A stretch of DNA of 64,000 bases, taken from NCBI RefSeq assembly GCF_009914755.1, contig NC_060941.1. The stretch is one strand, 5' to 3'. This stretch comes from the human T2T-CHM13v2.0 reference genome, Homo sapiens. The position numbers and the translations under genes were made by a program. Shown here piece after piece: positions 1 through 15,898 of the stretch. The notes beneath the pieces are model-generated. The model searched no databases. It saw only the letters and a list, made by a program, of their open reading frames with translations, and had not been told where the DNA came from. The stretch's first letter is position 1; every line of letters begins with the position of its first letter.

Positions 1-2
1 AT

Positions 3-550
<548 letters not shown>

Positions 551-867
551 ATCTCTCTGAACTTCTGTTTCCTCATCTGAGATGACAGTCAGAGTGGGAT
601 CTGTGTAAGGCACTTTGCACCTTACACATTTTTACCCCCACGGATTCCCACAAAAGCCTTCTGAGGCAACAGTCATTCTCATCAGCTCCGTTTCTCTCTC
701 TCTCTTTTTTTTTTATCAGCTCCGTTTTTCAGCAGAAGACTCTGATGCACAGATAGACTGTGTAACCTGCACAAGGCCACACAGCAGGGAAGCGGCGGAC
801 CCAGGATTCAAATTGAGGCAGCCCAGCCCACAGACATTTGCAAATCTTCAATGAAATCCTTTATGTA

Positions 868-1510
<643 letters not shown>

Positions 1511-2841
1511 AAGAAATCCTTTATGCAAAAGGCAGAGTAAGTAATGGACAAATGTGGCTCCCTTCCTAGCACATCTATTTCTGGTTAACCTCGATGATCC
1601 CAAAGGGTGAACCTGGGAATGGGGAGTTCTGAGGAAATTCTACAGAAACAGCCTTGTGAGGTCCTTTGTGGGGGGCACGCTGTGCTGTGGGGGTTCTGGA
1701 AGGAATCCGTGGGAGGCTGGGAGGAAGATCTGGCTTGTCAGCTTCCCTAGGAAAACCTTCCCCTGGGCTGGCCGCAGGCTGTAACCGGATTCCTGCTCCA
1801 CCTCTGCATCTGGCCCAGGGACCTCATGGCAGGGAGGCCCAGCGCCTGGCCCTTTGCCCCTGGACGGGGTGGGCCCTGGGTCATGGTGGGGTGGGTGGGG
1901 AGGTCAGGAGGGCCATGGGGAGGGGGCGCGGTGGGGTGCTTTGCCCTGAGAACACAGGCCTCTGGCACCCCGGAGCCCCCGGCAGCTGCTGGCGTCTGTC
2001 AGCCACCTTGCGGGGCGCGGCCGGGGGCCTGCTGGCCCCTACATCTTCCTGACAGGCCCCTCTTCTGAGGCCAGGAAAAAACAACAACAGTTCCTCCCCT
2101 CACGGCAACCCATTTGTTAGATGAAGGCCGGGCACCAGCACCTTTAACCTCCTCAAAGTCAGCGTTTCCCTGTCAAGGCCCCACAGGGCCAGAGACAGAG
2201 ATGGATGGAAGGAGCTGTGTGTCGAAAAAGCCCTGTGGCCTCATGAGGAGAGCTCTGTTTTCAGGAAGGGAGGGGACCCCGGTTTCTGATTGTTGGGGAG
2301 AATAAGGGGAGGAAGAGGAAAAGTGTGAGTCACGAGGAGGTCCCCCAGGGGCGTGGGGGGGCCCAGGAGGGCTTTCAGCCTGGCCACACCTGAGCCATCA
2401 CGTGGAACTTGCGGAATGTCTCCCATTGTGCGTGGCAGGCAGGCGTGTACTTGGCAGGACAGGGCTGCTTCTGTTTGTGGCCACCCCACCCCCTTGTGCT
2501 TGGAGAGGCAGGGTGTCAGGGCAAGGCCCTGGACCTGGAGGCAGAAGACACGGGTTCAAGGTGTGACCTTGCCTGTTACCGGCTGTGTGGTCTCAGGCAA
2601 ATCACACCCTTCTCTGAGCTTCATTTTTCTCACTGGCAAAATGGAGTTGACAGTTCCGGCCTCACCTGGCGGTTAGGAGGATAAATGAACTGCATCTGAG
2701 AACAGAGCTGGCTGACTATAAAGGGTGATGCATGTGAGGAATAGCTTGTCCTTAACTATGCTGAACCACTGGGCAGGACACAGCACAATGTAGGTGAAGA
2801 CGGCTCATCCCAGCCCCCAGATACCTTCTATGGCAACATAA

Positions 2842-3203
<362 letters not shown>

Positions 3204-3678
3204 TCAGCTCTGTTATTAATAAGCTAAATGGCTTTGAGCGACTTGCCTTATCACTTGAGCCTCAGTTTCCTCATCTGTAAAATGGGGATAAACTTCTTCC
3301 GTCCGCATGAGGATGCTGAGAGACGTGAGTGAGGTGGTCTATGAAAGCTCTTGTCATAGCCTGGCATGCAGGGGTAACATCTGGATGATGAAGATGATGA
3401 TACCTGAGATTTTTGCCTTACAGACAACTCCAGAGAGCCCTGTGAAATATTTATATGCCACTGAACAGGGCACAAGATGAAGCCATTAGCCTGCGCTTAC
3501 ATAGTAGAATGTGTGAATCAGATGAGATGCTTGGTCTCTAGTAAGACCTTAAGGGATGGACAGAAGACAGGCAGATTTTGGATATGGTATACGTGGCTGT
3601 GGGCTAGCGTGTTTACTACTGGGCCTGGGATGTATTTGGAATGTACACATGTGTCCTTTGCTTCTCAGAACACTTTGA

Positions 3679-4219
<541 letters not shown>

Positions 4220-4387
4220 CTGACAGGGCTTTGTAATGCTCAAATAATATGATCCAAGGGTCAGAGTTGAGTAAACTATAGAACATAGTCCTTGCATTCC
4301 ACCCCAGGGGCCCAATAACGAGGTCTTTCTCTAAATCTCAGAAAACACTAAGCTAAGGGAGGTAAGTTCTGCAGATGGGTTTTCTCT

Positions 4388-4462
4388 GTGTGTGTGTGTG
4401 TGTGTGTGTATACATATATATATACACACACACATATATATATATACACACATATATATACA
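4388..4462. repeat. Compound (TG)n/(TA)n/(CA)n microsatellite
   Basis: Direct inspection. Confidence 0.95.
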
Positions 4463-4933
4463 TTTAAACCTTTGGTGCTCTACTTGTCTGCTACCAAAAT
4501 TGTAGGCAGATGACTGAAAAATGTAACACACAGAATGGCCTGCATAGAAACCTGGCTCTTGGAAGTCATATGAGTCAGTTTCCTCAACTGTAAAGTGGTG
4601 GCTCACTGTACAGACACTCAGTAAGCACCCAGCAAATGAACACCTTCCAGGGGTTCTGTATTGGAGTCAGCTGTATAGAATGAAAACAAATGACAAAAGG
4701 GGAAACACACAGAGTTTATTATTCTCCCCCATAAAAAAGGCCGGAGGTGACAGTCCAAGCTGAGATGGCCTCTCCCCCAGGCACTGTCTCTCTACTTTGC
4801 CCCCCTGCGGCACCTTGTTCAGCTGGCATGTCAGCATTCCACACAGCACGAAGGAGGAAGGACAAATGGACTCTCCCCATCTCTCTGCCCACTGCCCCCC
4901 TCCCCACAACCCGTTTAAAAAATAGATATGGGG

Positions 4934-6166
<1,233 letters not shown>

Positions 6167-6301
6167 TAGGCTGCCAGATAAAATGCTGAGGTAAGTCTGT
6201 TCCAGAAAATATTGGGACATAGACTAAAAAATTGTTGTTTGTTTATCTGAAACTCAAATTTAACTGAGTGTCTTCTTTTCCCCCTAAATCTGGCAATCCT
6301 A
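6167..6301. mobile_element. MER53-like palindromic DNA transposon remnant
   Basis: Inverted ends TAGGGCTGCCAGAT and ATCTGGCAATCCTA, with internal TTTATCTGAAACTCAAATTTAACTG. Confidence 0.6.
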
Positions 6302-9273
6302 ATCCAAGGCTAAACTCATTTTCAGGACGCAAAAGGCTCTGGCCTTACCTTTTGAGTCAGGACGTTGCACTTTGACAGAAGGCTCTGGAAGGAAACTTTA
6401 AAGGGAGCCTTCCAGAGGGAAATGCGGTGTTGGGGTAGGTCTGCCTTTGGCTATGGGCTTTCTGGCTGCCGGAGGGGCCCAGGGTCCCCCAGGAAAGCCT
6501 TCTGTGGAGGTCTTTTGAGAGAGACAAAGCAGAGGGGTGGAGGAAGGGCGGCTCAGGTGGAAGGAGTGAGGACAAAGGTGAGTGCCCCTGGGCAGGAAGT
6601 GCTGAAAGAGAGAAGGAGGGAGGCCACCAGGCCTGGGCCTGGAGCCAGCCTGGGAGACTCCCAGCCGCCCACTTCTCGGGGCCTCCCTTTTCCAGCCCCT
6701 TGCTTTCGAGGCAGCAGTGCCATTATTTGGGGAAACCAGCTAACCAGATAGGACAGCAAACCGGGGATTTATGTGGTGTGGGAACAGCTCAGGTTTCCCT
6801 CCCTGTTTACCCAGCAGTATTTTTTAAAACAGAAATCAGCGTGTGGGTAACCGCAGCTGTGAGTTACTAGCTCTGGCTGTGAGGGCTGGGGTGGGGGGAG
6901 TCTCTTCAGAGCCCTCTGTCCACTGGCCTGGGAGCTACTGAAGGAATGTGCCTCTCCCCATCCCAGGCCAGGTGGAGAAGGTGGCCCTGCGGAAGTTCCC
7001 AGATCACTGCCCACCTCACCCTTCCCCTCCCGACGAAGGCCAGCACACCTGGGGGAGGTGTGATGATGGTTCAAGGTCTAAAGCTTTAGAGATCAGTCAG
7101 TTTAGGGGTCAGAACCCATGGAGCCAGGCAAGTAAACACAGGTTCCCCAAGCCAGCTGGGAGGGAGACACCTGGGTGCCTTTGATGGGAGAAAGAGGGGG
7201 CCAACAGCTACTTGGCACTGGCCAATTTTCCCTTGCATGAACATGGGCCCAGTGTAACCAACCATATCTTTCCATTTGTCAAAAAAAAGCCATATTTCCA
7301 GATTTTTTATAGGCAACCTGTCAACTTTTAAATGTTGGCAATGAATTCAAAACACTGCCATTCAATTAAAAGCAGCCCAGAACATGGCACGACTGGTTCT
7401 TGGAATACCAATCTGCAATCTCTGATCTTGTCCAACTCTCTCTGCTCCCCATTTTACAGATCAGGAAGCTGAGGCCCAGAGAGGCCTAGGGACTTAGCCA
7501 TGGCTGCAGCAGTTGTTATTGGGAATGCCATGAGGCCAGGATGCCTGTTATGTGTTCTTTGCCCAGCCTAGCAGTTTGGCTGGCTTGGCTATGCCAGAGG
7601 TCTCACCATGCAGTTCTCAAGTGCTTCCTGAGCGTCTCTCATTTGCATAGACATGACATTTACAAACACATCCATCATCTACTTGATTCTGGCAATGACA
7701 CCGAGGGAGCAGAACTGGCATTAATCCATTTTTTTTAATGGTGAGAACACTGAGGTTTGGAGAGGCTGGTGACCTGCCAAAGTCACAGTCCTAGAAAGGG
7801 CTGCAGCCAGGGCCTCCAATTACAGATCAAGGGTTTTTCCACCCCCAAACTCAGTCATCTCGTAAAAACGTCAGGCTCCTTGGGGAATACAGCTTGAGAT
7901 GGATAATCAACTCCTCCTAAAAGGGAACCATAAATGGATGAGATACTTGGGTAAACTGAATATTCTTTGTAACTTAAAGTTAATTGAAAATCCATAGGTT
8001 ATCAATTTTCCAAGCAGGAGAATAAAATAGAAGGTATTTCAAAGAGCAATTATAGTAGGCATGGCTTAATCTTTCTTTGATGATTCTGAAGGCATTTCAG
8101 GGGAATGTAATGCCTTAGGGCATCATTATGAACACCAATAATTACTCTGTAGGGCTGTGACGCAAATTCTCATCAATCCCCTCCTGGCTGTCGGGGTGTT
8201 TTCAGAGAGGATCATGCAGGGAGTGTGAACGTGTGCCTGTCTGTTTCTTGCTGCTCTCTCCGCCTTTGTCAATTTCAGGGTGCTGTTGTGGAAAATGCAG
8301 TGTCCCTGGAAGGGGGAGGTCACTTAACCTTAATGAGCTTCTGTTTCTTTATTAAAATGGGGTAATGCAGACTCCTATACTCACTGTCAAGGTTTTGTGG
8401 GGCTCAGATGTCAGTGTCAGAGCAGGAAGAAACTTTAGATCATGATATGCACCAGCTTCATTCTGCCATGGAAAAATCTGAGGCCCAGAGAGGTTAGGAG
8501 CCTCGTCCAAGGTCACCCAGCCAGGGAGAGGGTGCTAGAACCTGGATTTTCTGCTTCCTAACCTCTTTCCTGAATATAACACTATGGAAGAAAAAGATCT
8601 GGAGGAACGGAAAGATGAACACATGATTACACATGCAAACAATACTGGGGTCTCTCTGATCAGAGAAGGTGTGATCTTCCAGCCTCAGGAGAGGGGCCAT
8701 CCAAGTCCTGGAGGAGGTGAACCCCTTAGTTCAGGGCTGGGAGTAGCCTGGGGGCAGCAGAGACACTGCTGTGAGGTTTATAGTTTCATGACTGTCAGAG
8801 CTTTTTAAAATGTGGTAATTTTAAGTGTGCAGCCTCCCAGGGTCTTTCTTCTTTTAATTGAAGAAATAAACCATCTCCCCTAAGGCATGCTTGGCGAAGG
8901 AGAAAGGCAGGTGCAAGGCTCACAGAGGAGAGCAGCAGCCTAGAAGGGCTCTGTGTCATGGGGAAGTAAAACATCCCAGAAACAGAGAGCAGAAGGCCTT
9001 GACTGAGCCCCAGGAGAGGCAGGACACCAGGGGTGCACACCCATAAACACACACATACACATGTATGTCTCCTCCCTGGAGCCTGAGAGTCCCTACATAC
9101 AGCAGGTGCATGTGGGCCACACATCACACAAAATTGAATACAGGCAGGCTCAGAGCACCAGCACACACGTATGTCCTTGACACCCTTAGAGATACTACTA
9201 AGCACGTGTGTGTACCTGCTCACCCATATGGCAGAGCCCCTGGATCTGGGCAGAAATGCCAAAGCAGGGGCAG

Positions 9274-9280
9274 GCGCGTG

Positions 9281-9315
<35 letters not shown>
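9274..9315. repeat. (GC/GT)+(CA)n microsatellite within a CA-rich low-complexity zone (about 9030-9560)
   Basis: Direct inspection. Confidence 0.9.
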
Positions 9316-9318
<3 letters not shown>

Positions 9319-9588
9319 CACAGCCACAAAAGCTCAATCCACATCCAGCATTCCTAACAACACACACACAGCTAGACACGCTAGGAGACACATCAGGACA
9401 ATGTTTCCACTCCCGCTGCCATACACATATGCAGGTCCACATTCACCAGTGGGGTAGGGTAGAGTCTCATCAGTCCAGACTCGCAGACAGCTGGACACAG
9501 AGGTGATCTCTGAAACCCAATGTCTACACACTGTGGTCTTTGTTACACACACACACACACATTGAAATGATGTCCTCAGCCTTTGGTT

Positions 9589-10234
<646 letters not shown>

Positions 10235-11055
10235 TACGTTTTCAAACAGCAATAGCATTCGCCTCCTCTGTCAGTTTAACCCCCATCACAACTCCCACTT
10301 TTGGCACCTAAACAGTTAATTTCCCAGTTCATGGGCCTTCAAAGTCCTGCTCTAGTCTCTGGAGGAACTTTCACCTACAGAGGAAGGTGTAAGGGAAACT
10401 AGTTCATGGATTTAAGTAGAAACATTTTAGGTGTAGCTTTCACATACAGAGGAGTGAGAAAAAACTGATTCATGGATTTAGATGGAAACATTGTAGTATG
10501 AACCCAGCGGAGGGTCTGGGAGCGCCTTCTGGTGGTGAGAATTAGAACCGCAGCACTTTCTGCAATGTGCCCAGGCCAGAAAGCTCTACCTTCTGATAGG
10601 ACCCACTTCTGACCCTAGAATGGGGGAACTGATGGAGGTGTCAAGCCACTGTGGTCCCACAGCTGCATGCAGGCACAGGGGATAGGAAGAGAGCTACCTA
10701 CAGGTTACTAAACCATTCCCTTTTAAAACAGCACCAGGCTTATGTCTACTCTGCGCTTCCATTTTCTAGGTTTTAAGTGGAAGATATGTGAACACCCAGT
10801 GGGCTGGATGGCTGTCCCTGCTACAAGTCTGTGATGTCTCCGTCCAGTGGCAGAGCTGGAAGGCAGGTGCTGTCGGGGCTGCATCTGCCTTGTTCACCAG
10901 CATAGGCCTAAAACCATGGAGGGGGTGCTTTGGCTTAGATCCCCACTTGGCCTGTGTGTGTAAGAGGCTCTCAGGCACCTTAATGCTACATCACCAACCA
11001 AACCTCCTGATGATTCTTTTAGGTTCTCCGTTTCCAGGCAGATTCACTTCTGTAG

Positions 11056-11349
11056 ATTTATTTATTTATTTTTGAGACAGGGTCTGGCTCTGTCCCGCAG
11101 GCTGGAGTACAGTGATGCAATCTCGGCTCACTGTAGCCTTGACCTCAACTTCAAGTGATCCTCCAACCTCAGCCTCCCAGTATCAGGGACCACAGGTGTG
11201 CACCATCACACCTGGCTAATTTTTGTACTTTTTGTAGAGACGGGGTCTCACCATGTTGCCCAGCTGGTCTCAAACTCCTAGGCTCAAGCGATCCACCAAC
11301 CTTGGCCTCTGAAATGCTGGGATTCCAGGTGTGAAGCACCGCGCCCAGT
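11056..11349 (-). mobile_element. AluJ
   Basis: Diverged Alu; TSD ACTTCTGTAGA. Confidence 0.9.
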
Positions 11350-12237
11350 CCCTGACTTCTGTAGACGTTTGTATTGTTTACATCTACTGTGTGCAATGTA
11401 CGAGATGCAGTCAGGTGTCTGGATGGACCAGGGGATCTGGCATCTTATAGACTTGGGTTTGAACCCCAACTGAGCCATTTACTGGCTGGGTGACTTTGGG
11501 TGAGTTCTTAAACCTCTCTGACCCTTAAGGTGGTAACAGTATCACCAGTGAAGTTGGTGCACACAGCAGGGCCCAAACTGACATCTCACAGCACCCAGCA
11601 GGTCACTGTGGGCATGATAGGATGATGGGTCACTGTGCCAGCCCTGAAGGAGTTCAAGTCCAGATAGGGGAAGGTGGTGGACCAGACCCAGACAGAGATT
11701 CTGAGTCGCTGCTGAGACTGGGTGAGGGTAGTGGGTACATGGGAGGACATATAGCCCGGCAGCCCAGGGCTGGAGTCCACACTCAGGTTGGGGCAGCCTG
11801 GTCTGCCTCTCCTGCAGGAGACTTTTCCAGGCAGGCTTGTCCCTCCAGAATGCACGAATCAAATCCTCTCAGGATCAGTCTCATTTTCCTCGTGCTGGGG
11901 GAGCAGGCTACTCACAGAAGATGTTGTTGCAAATGTAAGAATCACATGTCGATCCACAAACTGGCATTGAGCAGCTACCTAGGAGATCAAAGAAACTCTT
12001 ACTTTGGGAGCTCCTGCCAGGGCTCTTTGGGAGGTCTGGCTAGCTCTGGAGGAAGAGAATGAACTTGGGGAGGGCGTGGAACAGATGAGGACGCAGGCAC
12101 TGCCATTCAAAGAGGAGAGGTCTCCCGGACAGGGCTGGCCTGGGCAGGCCCAGGGAGGGTGGGGCTGGAGCAGGGACTTGAAAAAGGGAGAGGGCTCAGG
12201 AGACTCAGAGGAGGAGGAAAGTGTGTGAGCAGTAGGC

Positions 12238-12240
<3 letters not shown>

Positions 12241-12290
<50 letters not shown>
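12241..12290. repeat. (GT)25 microsatellite
   Basis: Perfect dinucleotide run. Confidence 0.98.
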
Positions 12291-12292
<2 letters not shown>

Positions 12293-14628
12293 ATGCGCGC
12301 ATGCAGGCCTGTGTAGGGCTGGGAAAGAACAAAGCAAAAGGGTGCACAAGGCATCCAGAAGCCAGGGCAATGCAGAACAGGAACAAAGCAGTTTGGCTCA
12401 AGGGGAAAGTTCTGATGGAAAGCAAGGAAAGAGAATGTTAGAAGGGCTGAGAGCCAGAATGCCCAGTATGGGGTACAGAGGGCAACAGAGGGGCTGATGT
12501 TGGTGGCGAGGTGGGGAGGAGCATTTCACAGGGAACTGGGCAGCTCCAAGGATGGGCTGGAGGAGGGACGGTCCTAAAGGGGGTGGTGGGAGACAGGCAG
12601 TTAGTGATGGGGGGAGAGAAATGCTCTGAGGGGGGCTGCTGTAGGCAGGGAGGGGCAGGTAGCAGGAGGCAGAGGGTTGAGCCTGCAGAAGCCCGGAGCA
12701 GTCTGTAGCTTTCTAATGCTTCCTAGGGAATTCTGCTGCTGAGTAGCCATGGGTTCAACAGGTCTCTAGGATTTGCCTTGAATTACTGCCCTGAGGCCCC
12801 CTAAGTCTGGGGTCTCATAAATTCAGCGGGGAGGGCACACCTGTGTCTGAGTCTGAGCAGCCCAGAGCCCCCAGTGTTGTCAGTGAACAGCTCACTGAAC
12901 TTGCAGAGCAATTAAATCCCAGGGCAGAAGAAAGAGCAGGAGGGCAGGGTGGCCCCCAGCTCCCTCCCATCCCGGGTTTGGGGAGAGACACCTCTGGCCT
13001 GAGACTCCTCGTGGCCTCTAACAAGTCTTGCTCTCTCTCTCTTTTTTTTTTTTTTTAAATTATTGTCTCCCGCCCTCCTTCCTTCTTCTTGGGAATCAGA
13101 AAAGAAACCTCAATGCCTGGCTTTGCCCCTCCCTGGCTGTGGTCAAGCCATGTGACATTTAGACATTTCAGAGCCTCCTGACTCCTGAGGCTGGAGACAG
13201 CATGAAGCCAAATGGGCTTGGCAAACAGAAGAGAGGGGCAGTTAACATTCTCTGCAATGCTCTCTTACTTCCCGTTTAAACACCCCTCCTACTCGGACAC
13301 AGACCCCCAACCCCTGTGCCATTGTGCTCACTCCCACCTTGGAGGGGTCAGGCTGTGGTGAAAGGTCAAGGTGAAAAGTCATGATGATCCTATTGCTGCC
13401 ACCTCCCTGGGGTGAGCAAGATTCTGTGGTGGCTCCAGCTCTCCCATGGCAGTCCACACAGAGGCTGTTCCAGGTTCTGGAGAGGTCACTTGGTGTGACC
13501 TGGGAATCTGCATCTTTTCTCTGCCAAAGCAGAGGGCATTGCAGCAACCACACCTGGGTCCCAGTCCTCAACAAAGTCCCTCCAGCTCCCGCTGCTGTCT
13601 GCAAGGTTTGGTCATCTGTCCCTGCATTGGAGAAGAGTTTGCACTGTGAATCTTGCCTCCACCAGGGAAGGCTGGTAAAAGTCCCTGCCCCGGGGGCCCT
13701 CATTGCTCCAGGGTGCATCTGGGGGCCAGACCTGTGGACCCTCACCCTTGAGCCTCATTTTGTTCCTCTTAGAACAAAGCCATTTCTGGTAAATAGGTTT
13801 GATGGGTTTGGCAGCAGGGAAGGCACAGAACCTTTCACGATTAGCAGGCTCATGACAATTTCTCTTTAGGCAAGAGAGAAGGTTGAGGAGGAAAGACTGG
13901 CAGGGCTTGGAGAGCTGGAAAGGAAGAAAGGCCCTACAGGCCTGGGGATCCCATCTCTGACCACCGACCCCAGCCCCCAACTCTCATAGACTCTGATTTG
14001 ATATTCTTATTTACCAAAGAAGCTGCATGTATTTGCATATCAATTCTCTTTCCCATATCGACACGCAGGGAGGCTTCTTCGTTTTGGATCAACCAGAGAT
14101 CACCAATGTCTGCAGGGTGCTCAGCCCCTGGTACCTTGGTCACTCTAGGCAGCCTCCTAGATGTGCCTCTTAAGATAGGTTTTCTGAAATGGGAGAGGAC
14201 CACGCCCCGCCCCCCACCATGGACTCAGGAGTCTGCGGCGCACAAATCCTGCGATTTTACAGATGGGGAAACAGAGGCACGGAGAAAGTCTCAGCTTTCC
14301 CACGGCCCACTGGGACCAGAACCCAGGTCGCAGGACGGGGACAGCCACCTCCTTTTTCTCTCCTTGCAACCAGCCTGAGCTCGCTCAGCGGGTGGGGGCT
14401 GCCGCTATCCAGAGCACCCTGTTTCTGGATGCAAAATAAAGGCCCAGGCAGTGTTTGGCCCTCCTCTGCCCACAGACTTTGGCTCCAGGGCAGTCTCCGA
14501 GAGAGAAGCCTTGGGTCCCACTGGTCCGAGCTCTGCGTGCTGAGTCTAGAGGCTGCAGTCTCTAAGCCGAAACTAGCCCAGGCCTCACAGCCGCCTTCCC
14601 GCCGGTCTCCCACTGCCTTGGCGGGGCG

Positions 14629-14648
14629 CTGGCGCCCTCTGCTGGCCA
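14629..14648 (-). promoter_or_regulatory. CTCF binding site
   Basis: Reverse complement TGGCCAGCAGAGGGCGCCAG matches the CTCF core CCASYAGRKGGCRS. It sits in a CpG-enriched patch (14580-14700) with ETS CCGGAAGT at 14684-14691. Confidence 0.8.
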
Positions 14649-15598
14649 AGTCTCGCTCTGCGCGCAAACGCCCCAGAAATCAGCCGGAAGTTCCCTGGGG
14701 CCCCACAGGAGTGAGGACCCACCTGGATTCACTTTGTCATTTTTTTTTAGCTGCATGACCTTAAGAAAGCTAATGAACCTCAGAGCACTACCTGTGAAGT
14801 GGAAATAATAGCGCCTACACTTCAGGGTCGGTGTAAGGATTGCATAGAATACCGTATAGAAAGCACCCAGCACATTGTAGGTATGTTTAATGGTAGCGAT
14901 TATTAATAATGCCCAACTCACATGGTGAGATGAGATCTGAGAAGCCTCCTTATAAAGGTAAATGATAACCAAGTCTTGTTGCAAGGCAGCTGGTGTGTTA
15001 CTAATACATCATGAGGTGGTGGGCCCTCTGGGGACTGTCAGGAGACAGCCTCTGTTTTATTAGGAAATAAAACAGAATCTGGTCTGCTCCAGTTTTCTTC
15101 CTTTTATTTACTGCATTAGAAAACTTTCATTTTATTTATTGCCTATTCTGGGGGTTGAGGGTGAGGGGAAGGCATGACTCCAGCCAGGTAGGATACAAAA
15201 GTATCTCACCCCCCAGGAGGGGTTTGAGGACCGGCCCTCCGGCTTTTAGAGAAGGGCAGCTGGCTTCTGTTGCTAACGATTTGGATTTGGCTTTTAACAG
15301 AATATCAAGGTGAAAGTGAAAGGAGCTTTTCACTCCTTGGAGAGTCAAGAGGGTGTGGGGTGGGACCTCCAGGGGAATGAAGAGTGAGCGAGGGTGCTGG
15401 GGGGATCCCAGACCTAGGAATCAGATCTGGGGAAGGGGTCTGCAAGACCCCTCCATGAGTCAAGAAAAGCCGGTGGGTGGATGGTGAGAAGGACCAGTGA
15501 AGACACTGTTTGCTGGAGTTGTCCCAGCCAGTGGCTATGACTGAGACTGTCCCATGGCGTGTGCCCAGGGTCCTGCCATTGGATGATGGGACATTCTA

Positions 15599-15898
15599 TT
15601 TTTTTTTTTTTTTTTTTGAGACGGAGTCTCGCTCTGTCATCCAGAGCTGGAGTGCAGTGGCGCAATATCAAAGTCGCTGCAGCCTCCACCTCCCGGGTTC
15701 AAGCAATTCTCCTGCCTCAGCCTCCCAAGTAGCTGGGATTACAGGCGTGGGCCACCACATCTGGCTAATTTTTGTATTTTTAGTAGAGATGGAGTTTCTA
15801 CTCCATCAGGCTGGTCTCCAACTTCTGGCCTCAAGTGATCTGCTGCCTCGGCCTCCCAAAGTGCTGGGATTACAGACGTGAGTCACTGTGCCTGGCCT
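15599..15898 (-). mobile_element. AluS
   Basis: Alu consensus; TSD similar to GATGGRACATTCT. Confidence 0.92.

Noticed and set aside
8795-9558. 215-aa and overlapping Cys/Val or His/Thr-rich ORFs (also 11979-12497)
   Set aside because: Produced by CA/GT microsatellite and low-complexity sequence.
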